64,000 bases of DNA from Lacunisphaera sp. Its GTDB lineage: Bacteria > Verrucomicrobiota > Verrucomicrobiia > Opitutales > Opitutaceae. The notes beneath the pieces were generated by a model. It did not search any database and was not told the DNA's origin. It saw only the letters and a list, made by a program, of their open reading frames with translations. Position numbers and translations under genes: made by a program. Where the stretch lies: positions 985 to 64,984 of the forward strand of contig JBKJTZ010000108.1 in assembly GCA_046590295.1 (NCBI GenBank). The letters are read 5' to 3'. Position 1 is the stretch's first letter; each line of letters starts with the position of its first letter. This document shows positions 18,316 to 27,413 of this stretch, in pieces.

Positions 18316-18427
18316 GGTTTTGAAGGGGTTGAGGTGAGGAACCAGTAATGGACACTAATGGAGACTAATCACGAATATTTTCTCGTCGGACCTGTCGTGG
18401 GGGAGCCCGGTCCTCCACAGATTTTGG

Positions 18428-19330
18428 TCATTTCGCCGCCAGAATCGCGTCGAACCCCGACCGGTAGTCCGGATACTGCGGCCGCCAACCGAGCACCCGT
18501 TGGATTTTCACACCGCTGATGATCCGGTCGGGCATTGGGGCGCCCGCTCGGCGGATGGTCGTGGTGCCGTCAAAGGATGGCACGGAACAGCTCAACTGTC
18601 CGGCCAGCCAGCGGACAACGTCCTCCCGTGTCGCCGGGGCGTCATCCACGACATTGAATATTTCGTTCGCGACCGCCGCCGGCGCCCCGAGGCAGGCGAG
18701 GATGGCGGCCACGATATCGTCGCGATGGGCGAGATTGAGCCGGTGCGAGCCGGTACCGCCGAGCGTGGCGGTGCCCATGCGGAGCTGGTCGAGCAGATGG
18801 TGCCGGCCGGGCCCGTAGATACCGGCCAGCCGGAGAACAAAGTGGCGGCTTACGGCGCTCGCCGGGGCCTGCTGCAACAAGATTTCCGATTCGCGGATGA
18901 TTTGGCCATTCGGCGTGCCGCCGTTTGCCGGGGCGCTCTCGCCCACAACGGCGCCTTCGCCCTGCGGGTAAACCGAGGTGCTGCTCGTGTAGACCACGGT
19001 GCCTACCGGGTCGTGGCCAGCCGCCGCCCAGGCGAGGATCGACCGCTGGCCGGCCACGTAGGATTGGCGGTAGCCATCCGGCCCGCCACCGGCACTGACA
19101 CAATTGACCACCAGATCCGGCCCGCCCGCGACCTGCCCGTGCCAGTCTGGGGCGGCCAGCTCAGCCTCGACGACCTGGCTGAGCCCCATGGCCCGGAGCG
19201 CGATGGCTTTTTCCGGATTGCGCGTCAGTGCTTCGACCCTCGCCCCGGCGGCCAGCGCGGCGCGGGCCACGGCCGTGCCAACGTAGCCGCAGCCGAAGAT
19301 GACGAGACGTTTGCCGGAGAGGAATGACAT
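18428..19330 (-). CDS. NAD(P)-dependent epimerase/dehydratase-family (extended SDR) protein
   Basis: It has the Rossmann motif LVIFGCGYVGTAVA and VYTSSTSVYP. The substrate is unknown. Confidence 0.7.
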   Translation of the reverse strand: MSFLSGKRLVIFGCGYVGTAVARAALAAGARVEALTRNPEKAIALRAMGLSQVVEAELAAPDWHGQVAGGPDLVVNCVSAGGGPDGYRQSYVAGQRSILAWAAAGHDPVGTVVYTSSTSVYPQGEGAVVGESAPANGGTPNGQIIRESEILLQQAPASAVSRHFVLRLAGIYGPGRHHLLDQLRMGTATLGGTGSHRLNLAHRDDIVAAILACLGAPAAVANEIFNVVDDAPATREDVVRWLAGQLSCSVPSFDGTTTIRRAGAPMPDRIISGVKIQRVLGWRPQYPDYRSGFDAILAAK

Positions 19331-19527
19331 GAACGACTGTCAATATTGCCTGCGGAAGATTTGTCGCAACCAAACTCCAAGGCAGGTCTTGGCCACAAAA
19401 AAGCATTAAACCCGGGGCGAAGGAAACGCTCAAGGCGCCTATAGGCGCGCGGACAATCATCGAGAGCCGGCGAAATCATTTTGCGCTTTTTGTGGCAATA
19501 AATCAGTTGGCTGGGTTAGCTCCCTCC

Positions 19528-20067
19528 ATGCCCAGCGTGCTCGTGCTGCTCGCCGATGGTTTCGAGGAAATCGAGGCGTTCGCTCCGGTCGACCTGCTGC
19601 GGCGTGCCGGCGTGGAGGTCACGGTGGCCTCCCTCAATGACAACCGTCACGCGACCGGTCGCAGCGGCATCACGGCTCACGCGGACGCCGCGCTGTCCAC
19701 CGTGCTGGGCCAGGAGTTTGATATGATTTTTATTCCTGGCGGAGCCGGTGTGAAACTCCTTCGGGCCGATCCGCGCGTGCGCGAGATCGTCCTCCAGCAC
19801 CACGCGGGTGGCTGTTGGTTGGCGGCTATCTGTGCCGCCCCGACGGTGCTGCATGACTGCGGCCTGCTGGCCGGGCGTCGTTACACGGCGCATTTCTCCG
19901 TGGCGGACGAATTGAAGGCGATCCTTGCACGCGAGCGGGTCGTCACGGATGGCAAAATCACCACCTCCCGGGGCGCAGGTACGGCGGTGGAATTCGGACT
20001 GCATTTGGTCGCCTTGCTGGTGTCTCCGGCCAAATCGGCAGAAATAAGCAAAGCCATTTGTCTCTAA
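19528..20067 (+). CDS. DJ-1/PfpI (ThiJ/YajL-like) family protein
   Basis: ORF 19492..20067 trimmed to ATG 19528. VLVLLADGFEEIEA, IFIPGG and the nucleophile elbow AAICAAP. Confidence 0.8.
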   Translation: MPSVLVLLADGFEEIEAFAPVDLLRRAGVEVTVASLNDNRHATGRSGITAHADAALSTVLGQEFDMIFIPGGAGVKLLRADPRVREIVLQHHAGGCWLAAICAAPTVLHDCGLLAGRRYTAHFSVADELKAILARERVVTDGKITTSRGAGTAVEFGLHLVALLVSPAKSAEISKAICL

Positions 20068-20230
20068 GGCTTTGCGCGAAATCGGCATTGCCAGACTGCA
20101 AGGCCTTCCGTTTGATGGGACCGGGTCGTCCCGGCCCGACTGAATTGCTGACTATTGATCTGTTTTCAGGCCTCGCCGCCTCCGTGACAGGGAAGCGACG
20201 GGGCGAAGCTGTTGCTGGTGTCATAATTCC

Positions 20231-22129
20231 ATGTGCGGCATAGCCGGCCTGCTCTCCCCCCGGCTTGATCCCGCCGCCCGCGAGGCCGCGGTCAGCCGCA
20301 TGGTGCAGCGCCAGCAGCACCGCGGTCCCGACGACCGCGGCCTGTGCTCCGAGGGTCCCGTGACGCTCGGCATGTGCCGTCTCGCGATCATCGACCCCGC
20401 CAACGGCCACCAGCCGATGCGGAGCCCGGACGGCCGGTTCAGCCTCATTTTCAACGGGGCGATCTACAACTACCGGGAACTCCAGGCCGGACTGGCCGCC
20501 CGCGGCTGGATTTTCCGGACCAATTGCGACACGGAGGTGCTGCTCGCCGCCTACGCATTCGACGGCGCGGACTGCCTCGAAAAACTGCGCGGGATGTTCG
20601 CCTTCGCCGTCTGGGACGCGACGGAGCAGACGCTCTTCGCGGCGCGCGACCCGCTCGGCATCAAGCCGCTCTATTATGCGCGGCTGCCGCAGGGCGGCGT
20701 GGTGTTCGCCTCCGAGTTGAACGCGCTGCTGGCGAGCGGCCAGGTGGACCGGGAGATCGACCCGGTCTCCGTCGGCGAATACCTCGCGTGGTTCAGCGTG
20801 CCGGCGCCGCGCACGATTTATCGCGGGATTTCCAACCTCCCGCCGGGCCACTGTCTCACCGCCGGGGCCGACGGCCGCACGAGGACAGCCGCCTGGTGGC
20901 ACCTACCCCCGCCTACCGCGCCCGGTCGCGCCACGACCAACTACCATGACTTCGTGTACGGCCTGAGGCACCAATTGGAGGACAGCATCCGCGCCCACCG
21001 CGTGGCGGATGTGCCGGTCGGGGCTTTCCTCTCCGGCGGCATGGATTCCACCGCCATTGTCGGCCTGATGACCCGTGGCGGAGCGACCCGGCTGAAAACC
21101 TTCTCGCTGATCTTCGGTGAGGCGGGCTTCTCGGAGCAGGCCAGCGCGCGGCTGGCGGCGCAGGCCTTCGGCACCGAGCACCACGAGGAACTGATCACCG
21201 GCCCGCGCGTCGCGGCCGATCTGCCGCGCATTTTGGCCAGCTTCGACCAGCCCACGGGCGACGGCATCAACACCTACTACGCCAGCCAGACGGCCCGGCA
21301 GGGCGGCGTGACGGTGGCGCTCTCGGGCCTCGGCGGGGACGAACTGTTCGGCGGCTATCCCTCTTTCCGCGACCTCCCCCGGCTGGACCGCCTGCTGCCG
21401 CTCTGGCGCCGTTGCCCGGCGCGGCTGCGCGCCGGCATCGTCGCCCACCTGCGCGACCGCCCCGATGCCCGTTCCCGCAAGCTCGCCGATTTCCTCGCGC
21501 ACGCGCGCGACCTGCACGAGCTGGCGTCCCTGCAGCGCCGCGTGCTGCCCGAGTCCTCCCGCCTGCCCCTGCTCTCCCCCGACGTCCGGGCGCAGACGCA
21601 GCGCCTCGGGCCCAACCACCCGATGCTGGAGGATTTCGCGTTCGAGCTGGCGGGCGCCGACCCGTTCCAGATCATCAGCGCATGGGAGCTGCGCACCTAC
21701 ATGGCCGACGTGCTGCTGCGTGACAGCGACGTCTTTAGCATGACCCACTCGCTCGAGCTGCGTGTGCCCTTCGTCGACCGGGTGCTGCTGGAATGGCTCT
21801 GGCCGCAGCCGGCGTGGTTCAAATACAATCCCCGTCAGCAGAAAAAGGCCCTGGCCGACGCCACCGCCGACCTCGTGCCCGCCGCCATCCGGCAGCGTCC
21901 CAAACAGGGCTTTGCCCTCCCCTTCGCCCGCTGGATGCTCGGCGATCTGCAGCCGTTCCTGGAGGAGACTTATTCGCCCGTGTCGCTCTCGGGCTGCCCC
22001 TGGTTGCAACCGGCCGAGGCCGCCGCCCTGTGGCAGGAATACAAGACCGGCCGCGACCCGCGCGCCTGGTCACGGGTCTGGTCGCTCGCCGTGCTCATCA
22101 ATTTCGCCAACCGCCGGCCCGCGTTATGA
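20231..22129 (+). CDS. Asparagine synthase (glutamine-hydrolysing) family amidotransferase; first gene of the glycan locus
   Basis: It has the N-terminal nucleophile MCGIAG, HRGPDD, and the PP-loop FLSGGMDST. Confidence 0.85.
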   Translation: MCGIAGLLSPRLDPAAREAAVSRMVQRQQHRGPDDRGLCSEGPVTLGMCRLAIIDPANGHQPMRSPDGRFSLIFNGAIYNYRELQAGLAARGWIFRTNCDTEVLLAAYAFDGADCLEKLRGMFAFAVWDATEQTLFAARDPLGIKPLYYARLPQGGVVFASELNALLASGQVDREIDPVSVGEYLAWFSVPAPRTIYRGISNLPPGHCLTAGADGRTRTAAWWHLPPPTAPGRATTNYHDFVYGLRHQLEDSIRAHRVADVPVGAFLSGGMDSTAIVGLMTRGGATRLKTFSLIFGEAGFSEQASARLAAQAFGTEHHEELITGPRVAADLPRILASFDQPTGDGINTYYASQTARQGGVTVALSGLGGDELFGGYPSFRDLPRLDRLLPLWRRCPARLRAGIVAHLRDRPDARSRKLADFLAHARDLHELASLQRRVLPESSRLPLLSPDVRAQTQRLGPNHPMLEDFAFELAGADPFQIISAWELRTYMADVLLRDSDVFSMTHSLELRVPFVDRVLLEWLWPQPAWFKYNPRQQKKALADATADLVPAAIRQRPKQGFALPFARWMLGDLQPFLEETYSPVSLSGCPWLQPAEAAALWQEYKTGRDPRAWSRVWSLAVLINFANRRPAL

Positions 22130-23205
22130 GGATCCTGTTGCTCTCGCCGGAACTGTTTTTGCACGAGGGCGGCATCGCCCGCATCATGCGCCTTTACCTC
22201 AAGGCCCTGTGTGAGATCGCCGGGCCCGCCGGGCGCGTGGATTCCCTCGTGCTGAACGACCAGCCTGAGCTCGATCCCCGTCTCGCCCGCTACACCAACG
22301 AGCGCCTCGGGGACCACGTCGGGTGCCGCCGTTCGAAGCTCATATTCATCTGGCAGACGATCCGCCTCGGACTCGGCGCGGACATTCTGGTGTGCGCCCA
22401 TCTGCACCATCTCGTGATTGCCCGGCTGGCCAGGATCCTCAATCCGCGGCTGGAATACTATCTGGTCGCCCATGGCATCGAGGTGTGGCGGCCCTACACC
22501 TGGCTCGAAAAAAGCGCGATGTCTGGCGCGCGGCGCATCCTCTGCATCAGCGAATACACGCGCCACCAGGTCCTGCGTTTCCACCCGGGCCTGCCGCCCG
22601 CCCAGACTGCGGTCGTGCCCAACACGCTCGACCCCTACATCTCCGCGCGGGAGAATGTCACGCCCACCACCACGCCCTTTGCGACCCCCCGGCTGCTGAC
22701 GGTCTCGCGGCTGCTGTCGACCGACACCTACAAGGGCGTCGACACGCTGATCGAGGCCATGCCGCTGGTGCGCCGGGCCTTCCCCTTCGCCCGCCTGCGG
22801 ATCGTCGGCACCGGCGACGATGCCCCGCGCCTGACGGCGCTGGCCGCCCGGCTCGGCGTGACCGGGGCCGTGGACTTTCTTGGATCCGTCAGTGACGAGA
22901 TCCTGCGCGCCGAATACGCCGCCTGCGACCTGTTCGCCCTCCCGAGCCGGAAGGAAGGCTTCGGCCTGGTATTCCTCGAGGCCATGACCTACGGCAAAGC
23001 CTGCCTGGGCGCCCGGGCAGGCGGCACCCCCGAGGTCATCAACGACTCGGTCGGGCAGCTGGTTGAATATGGCAGCATCCCCGATCTCGCCGCCGCCGTG
23101 GCCGATCTGGTGCGGCATCCCCGCGATTCGGAGGTTGTGCGCCGCCACGCCGACTCGTTTGCTCTCCCCGTCTTCACCCGCCGCCTCGCGGCCGCCCTCA
23201 CTTGA
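22126..23205 (+). CDS. Glycosyltransferase, GT4-type (GT-B)
   Basis: In-frame ATG 22126, with ATGA overlap onto the asnB-like stop. It carries RKEGFGLVFLEAMTYGKACL (EX7E-type motif). Confidence 0.8.
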   Translation: MRILLLSPELFLHEGGIARIMRLYLKALCEIAGPAGRVDSLVLNDQPELDPRLARYTNERLGDHVGCRRSKLIFIWQTIRLGLGADILVCAHLHHLVIARLARILNPRLEYYLVAHGIEVWRPYTWLEKSAMSGARRILCISEYTRHQVLRFHPGLPPAQTAVVPNTLDPYISARENVTPTTTPFATPRLLTVSRLLSTDTYKGVDTLIEAMPLVRRAFPFARLRIVGTGDDAPRLTALAARLGVTGAVDFLGSVSDEILRAEYAACDLFALPSRKEGFGLVFLEAMTYGKACLGARAGGTPEVINDSVGQLVEYGSIPDLAAAVADLVRHPRDSEVVRRHADSFALPVFTRRLAAALT

Positions 23206-23209
23206 CGCC

Positions 23210-24040
23210 ATGGAGAAACTCGCCCCACCCGAACTCATCCTCGAAGCTGGCCGCACCAGCCGGCACTACTGGGCGGACCTCTGGCGCTACCGCGAGCTGC
23301 TGGGTTTTCTCGCGTGGCGCGACATCAAGGTCCGTTACAAGCAGACGGTGCTGGGCGTTGTGTGGGCTCTCATCCAGCCCGCGGTCACGCTGGCGGTGTT
23401 CACCTTCATCTTCGGCCGGCTCGCGGGCATGCCGTCCGGCACCGCCCCCTACCCGCTCCTCGTGCTCTGCGGCCTGCTGCCGTGGCAGCTGTTCTCCGCC
23501 GCGTTCTCCAACGCCAGCGGCAGCCTCGTGGCCAACACGCACCTCATCTCCAAGGTCTACTTCCCGCGCCTGATCGTGCCGCTCTCCTCCGTGGCCGTGG
23601 CGCTGATTGACTTTGCGGTCGTGCTGGTGCTGCTCGTCATCCTGTGCCTCTGGTGGCAGTTCGTCCCCGACTGGCGCATCGTGTTCGTGCCCCTGTTCAT
23701 CGTGCTGACGCTGCTCACGGCCATCGGCACCGGACTGTGGCTGACCGCCCTCACAGTGAAATACCGGGACTTCCGCTTCGTCGTGCCGTTTTTGCTGCAG
23801 ATCGGCCTGTTCCTGTCCCCGGTCGGGTTCAGTTCCACCAACCTGCCCAACTGGCAACTCGTCTACTCGCTCAATCCGATGGTCGGCGCCATCGACGGCT
23901 TCCGCTGGTGCCTGCTGCACGGTGAGCCCGCGCTTAATCCCGTCAACCTGGCCACCTCGGTGGTCATGGCCCTGCTGCTGCTGGCCTCCGGCCTCTGGTA
24001 TTTCCGCCGCACCGAGCGCACCTTTGCGGATATAATCTGA
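23210..24040 (+). CDS. wzm: ABC-2 type polysaccharide exporter permease (Wzm-like)
   Basis: In-frame ATG 23210. DIKVRYKQTVLGVVWALIQP plus six hydrophobic segments gives the ABC-2 family pattern. Confidence 0.8.
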   Translation: MEKLAPPELILEAGRTSRHYWADLWRYRELLGFLAWRDIKVRYKQTVLGVVWALIQPAVTLAVFTFIFGRLAGMPSGTAPYPLLVLCGLLPWQLFSAAFSNASGSLVANTHLISKVYFPRLIVPLSSVAVALIDFAVVLVLLVILCLWWQFVPDWRIVFVPLFIVLTLLTAIGTGLWLTALTVKYRDFRFVVPFLLQIGLFLSPVGFSSTNLPNWQLVYSLNPMVGAIDGFRWCLLHGEPALNPVNLATSVVMALLLLASGLWYFRRTERTFADII

Positions 24041-24141
24041 GACCACGGGACTACCGACCACTGACAACCATGGACTGCCAGCTTTCACATCGGGCCGCGG
24101 GACCACGGACGACGGACCACTGACTACAGGACCATGGACCA
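24041..24141. repeat. Left flank of the four-helix-bundle cassette (GAC/GGAC word repeats)
   Basis: It contains GGGACTACCGACCACTGAC (24047-24065), GGACGACGGAC and a second GACCACTGAC (24115-24124). These are reverse-complementary to words in 24583-24655. Confidence 0.7.
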
Positions 24142-24582
24142 ATGAGGGACTATACCAAAATCGAAGCATGGCGTCTAGCTGACGATTTGACTGTGGCTGT
24201 ATACGAACAGACTAAGTCCTTCCCACGCGAGGAGCTCTATGGGCTCACCAGTCAATTGCGCCGCGCCTCGTATTCAGTGCCAGCCAACATCGCCGAGGTA
24301 TCCTCGCGCGAAAGTAAACGCGATTACCTTCATTTCCTGTATATCGCCCGAGGATCACTGTCGGAAACCCAGTATTTTATCCACCTGGCTCACCGCCTCG
24401 GGTATCAGGTTGAAGCGGATAAAGTCCGCTTGACCGAAATGACACGCCAAACGTTCGCCTGTCTCCATGGCTTGATCAAAGCAGTCGAAAAGGAGGCGGG
24501 AATATTTGGCCGAGTAACCGCTGCAACCACCAGCCTTGTCGCCATCATGATCGCCCGCCTTATTGCCACAACGCATGCTTAA
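24142..24582 (+). CDS. Four-helix-bundle protein of the 23S rRNA intervening-sequence protein / Avd type
   Basis: IEAWRLADDLTVAVYEQTKSFPREELYGLTSQLRRASYSVPANIAE..RDYLHFLYIARGSLSETQYFIHLA is the signature of this family. G+C looks lower than in the neighbours by eye. Confidence 0.75.
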   Translation: MRDYTKIEAWRLADDLTVAVYEQTKSFPREELYGLTSQLRRASYSVPANIAEVSSRESKRDYLHFLYIARGSLSETQYFIHLAHRLGYQVEADKVRLTEMTRQTFACLHGLIKAVEKEAGIFGRVTAATTSLVAIMIARLIATTHA

Positions 24583-24655
24583 ATATCTCCAGTCCGTAGT
24601 CCGCGGTCAGTGGTCAGCGGTCAGCGGTCGGTAGTTCGTAGTCCCGTCGTCCCTC
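24583..24655. repeat. Right flank of the four-helix-bundle cassette
   Basis: GTCAGTGGTC (24606-24615) is the exact complement of GACCACTGAC. GTCAGCGGTCGGTAGttcgTAGTCCC (24620-24645) compares with rc(24047-24065)=GTCAGTGGTCGGTAGTCCC. Confidence 0.7.
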
Positions 24656-25900
24656 ATGAATCAGCCCGTCATCAGCGTCCAAGGTCTCAGCAAGCGTTAC
24701 TACCTGTCGCATGAAAAGCGCACCGATACGCTGCGCGACTCGCTCACGCAGCGGGCCCGCGGGCTGTGGCGCCGCGCCACCGGCGGCGGCAAAACGGTGC
24801 CGGAGGGGGAGGAATTTTGGGCGCTGCAGGACGTCTCGTTTGACGTTAACCAGGGCGATGTCGTCGGCATCATCGGCCGCAATGGCGCGGGCAAGTCCAC
24901 GCTCCTCAAGATTCTTTCGCGCATTACCGAGCCCACCCGCGGTCGCGCCACCATCCGCGGTCGCGTCGCCAGCCTGCTCGAGGTCGGCACCGGCTTCCAC
25001 CCGGAGCTGTCGGGCCGGGAGAACATCTTCCTCAACGGCGCCATCCTCGGCATGTCGCGCGCCGAGATCACGCGCAAGTTCGACGAGATCGTCGCCTTCG
25101 CCGAGGTGGAACGCTTCCTCGACACGCAGGTGAAGCATTACTCGAGCGGCATGTATGTGCGCCTGGCCTTCTCGGTCGCCGCCCACCTCGAGCCCGAGAT
25201 CCTCATCGTCGACGAGGTGCTGGCCGTGGGCGACGCTGCCTTCCAAAAAAAATGCGTCGGGAAAATGCAGTCCGTCTCCCAGAGCGAAGGGCGCACCGTA
25301 TTGTTCGTCAGCCACAACCTGCCATCGATCCGACAACTTTGTCGCAGCTGCGTGCTGCTCTCCCGCGGACAAGTCGAGGCGGCGGGTCCCTGCGCCCGCA
25401 TCATGGAGGTTTACCAGCACGGCCTCGTCGGGGCCTCCGTCAATGCGGTGCCCTCTCCTTCGCCTGATTTGCTGGACCGCGCCTATGCCACCGGAGTGGC
25501 GGTTGAAACCATGGAGGGCAGGCAGAGTTCACATTTTGAGCTCGGCCAACCGTGGCGAATCCGCGTGGCATTCCGTGTCGCCAAACCACAGGAGCAATTC
25601 GTCATCGCCATTGGCTTGGTGAGTCCGGATGGAAGCCCGGTCCAGACTTCATGGTTCCCGCCCCGCGACCTTGCGGTGGGCGACTACGAGGCGGATTTCA
25701 TCCAGGACCAGGTCATTCTCGAAGCCGGATCCTATACGACGGTTGTCGGGTTAAACACCTGCGACCGATCCATCCAGCAATTTCAGTCAGAGCGTCTCGA
25801 CATCTCAGGCGATAAAATCGCGGGCACTTATGCGCCGGCTACTTCGGGGGTGGGGGTGGTGCTGAACTCCATGCGACAAGAACTGCGCCAGGTATTCTGA
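24656..25900 (+). CDS. wzt: ABC polysaccharide exporter ATPase (Wzt-like) with a C-terminal extension of about 160 aa
   Basis: It has Walker A GRNGAGKST, the signature YSSGMYVRLAFS and Walker B ILIVDEVLAVGD. Residues from about 255 to 414 form an extra domain in the position of Wzt carbohydrate-binding domains. Confidence 0.85.
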   Translation: MNQPVISVQGLSKRYYLSHEKRTDTLRDSLTQRARGLWRRATGGGKTVPEGEEFWALQDVSFDVNQGDVVGIIGRNGAGKSTLLKILSRITEPTRGRATIRGRVASLLEVGTGFHPELSGRENIFLNGAILGMSRAEITRKFDEIVAFAEVERFLDTQVKHYSSGMYVRLAFSVAAHLEPEILIVDEVLAVGDAAFQKKCVGKMQSVSQSEGRTVLFVSHNLPSIRQLCRSCVLLSRGQVEAAGPCARIMEVYQHGLVGASVNAVPSPSPDLLDRAYATGVAVETMEGRQSSHFELGQPWRIRVAFRVAKPQEQFVIAIGLVSPDGSPVQTSWFPPRDLAVGDYEADFIQDQVILEAGSYTTVVGLNTCDRSIQQFQSERLDISGDKIAGTYAPATSGVGVVLNSMRQELRQVF

Positions 25901-26574
25901 TGTCCCCGACCGCTCAGCTTTCATTCTTTGCGAGTCCGATCCTCCGCTGGCTCAAGCTCTACCATCCCCTGCGGGACGCGCGGCGCGACCGGCGTTTCGC
26001 CCGCCGCAGCCGGCAGGAAATCGCCGCCTGGGAACAGGCCGGGCGGCCGGTCCCGCCCCCCCCCGCGATCAAGCACCGGGTTATTCTGGAGCATGCCCGG
26101 CGTTTTCAAACCCGCACGCTGGTGGAAACCGGCACGTTTTACGGGGACACCCCCTTCACGCTCCGCCGGGAATTCAAGGAAATGCATTCAATTGAACTCG
26201 CCCCGGCCCTGCACACGCTGGCGACGAAGGAAATGGGACACCTGCCCCATATCCACCTGCATTATGGAGACAGCGCGACGGTGCTGCCCAGAATCGTACC
26301 CGGCCTGTCGGGCCCGGTGCTTTACTGGCTCGATGGCCATTTTTGCGCTGGCCCGTCTGCGCGTGGTGACTGCGATACTCCACTTTCCCGCGAACTCTCC
26401 TACCTGCTCACTCGTCCCGCCGGCACTGATGTGATTTTGATCGATGATGCCCGGCTCTTCACCGGCCGGGATGACTATCCCACCCTGAATGAAGTGCGGG
26501 AATTCTTCCGCCAACACCGTCCGGCGGCCACCTGCTCGGTCGTAGACGATATTTTCTGCGCAGTTCCGATCTGA
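25900..26574 (+). CDS. Putative class I SAM-dependent methyltransferase
   Basis: TGATG overlap with wzt. LVETGTFYGDT...HSIELAP...YGDSATVLP...LYWLDGHF...VILIDDARLF resembles a methyltransferase fold common in O-antigen loci. The family assignment is tentative. Confidence 0.45.
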   Translation: MSPTAQLSFFASPILRWLKLYHPLRDARRDRRFARRSRQEIAAWEQAGRPVPPPPAIKHRVILEHARRFQTRTLVETGTFYGDTPFTLRREFKEMHSIELAPALHTLATKEMGHLPHIHLHYGDSATVLPRIVPGLSGPVLYWLDGHFCAGPSARGDCDTPLSRELSYLLTRPAGTDVILIDDARLFTGRDDYPTLNEVREFFRQHRPAATCSVVDDIFCAVPI

Positions 26575-26579
26575 ATCCC

Positions 26580-27413
26580 ATGTCCGAATCGCTGCACACC
26601 GTGGACTACAGCGCCTACCTAGCGCAACCGAGTGAACCCGAACGCGAACTGGCACGGCTGTTCCCGGCCACCGCCGAGTTGGTGATCTTCGACATCGGAT
26701 CCTGCGAAGGCGAAGACACCGTGCGTTATGCCCGGCTTTTCCCCCGGGCCCGGTTGTTTTCCTTTGAGTCGCTGCCGACGAATCAAGACCTGATTCGCCG
26801 CAACCTCACACGCTACGCGGTGACCAACGCGGAAGTCGTGCCGCTGGCCCTCGCCGACCGCGCAGGCGAAGCCGTCTTCCATGTATCTTCGGGCCGGCCG
26901 AGCGACGAGTTTGCCGGCAAGGACTGGAACTATGGCAACAAATCCAGCTCGTTGCTTCCTCCGGCCGGGAAGGAGGCGATGTATGGCTGGATCGAATTCA
27001 AGGAGGCCATCACCGTGCCAACCGATACGCTGGATCGATTCTGCCAAAGCCGCGAGCTCACCCGGATAGATTTCATTCACATGGATGTCCAGGGAGCCGA
27101 GCGTCTGGTCCTCGCCGGAGCTGCCGCCATGCTGCCCCGGGTTGGCGCCATCTGGCTCGAAGTGTCAGACCAGCCATTATATGCCGGCCAGATGCTCCGG
27201 TCTGAAATCGAGGACTTCATGCGCTCGCATGGGTTCGCACTTGGGTGTGAGGTGCGCCGGGAAATTGAAGGGGACCAGTTTTACGTAAATCTCCGGTATG
27301 TCCGCGCCTGGCCTTATCTGGCGGGCCGCCGGGCTGCGGCCTTCTACCGGAAAGCCCGCGGCGTCGCGGGCCGGATCAAACGCACGCTTTTCCCTCAACC
27401 CCACCACCCATGA
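26580..27413 (+). CDS. FkbM-family methyltransferase (paralog 1)
   Basis: VIFDIGSCEGEDT...ADRAGEAVFHVS...IDFIHMDVQGAERLVLAGA are the FkbM hallmarks. Confidence 0.75.
   Translation: MSESLHTVDYSAYLAQPSEPERELARLFPATAELVIFDIGSCEGEDTVRYARLFPRARLFSFESLPTNQDLIRRNLTRYAVTNAEVVPLALADRAGEAVFHVSSGRPSDEFAGKDWNYGNKSSSLLPPAGKEAMYGWIEFKEAITVPTDTLDRFCQSRELTRIDFIHMDVQGAERLVLAGAAAMLPRVGAIWLEVSDQPLYAGQMLRSEIEDFMRSHGFALGCEVRREIEGDQFYVNLRYVRAWPYLAGRRAAAFYRKARGVAGRIKRTLFPQPHHP

Noticed and set aside
24041-24655. The GAC-rich repeats flanking the four-helix-bundle gene, considered as a CRISPR array, and the gene itself as part of a diversity-generating retroelement (Avd).
   Set aside because: The repeats are short, irregular words in inverted orientation, with no constant repeat/spacer periodicity. 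No reverse transcriptase, template repeat or variable-repeat target gene is present in the window, so a DGR call is unsupported.
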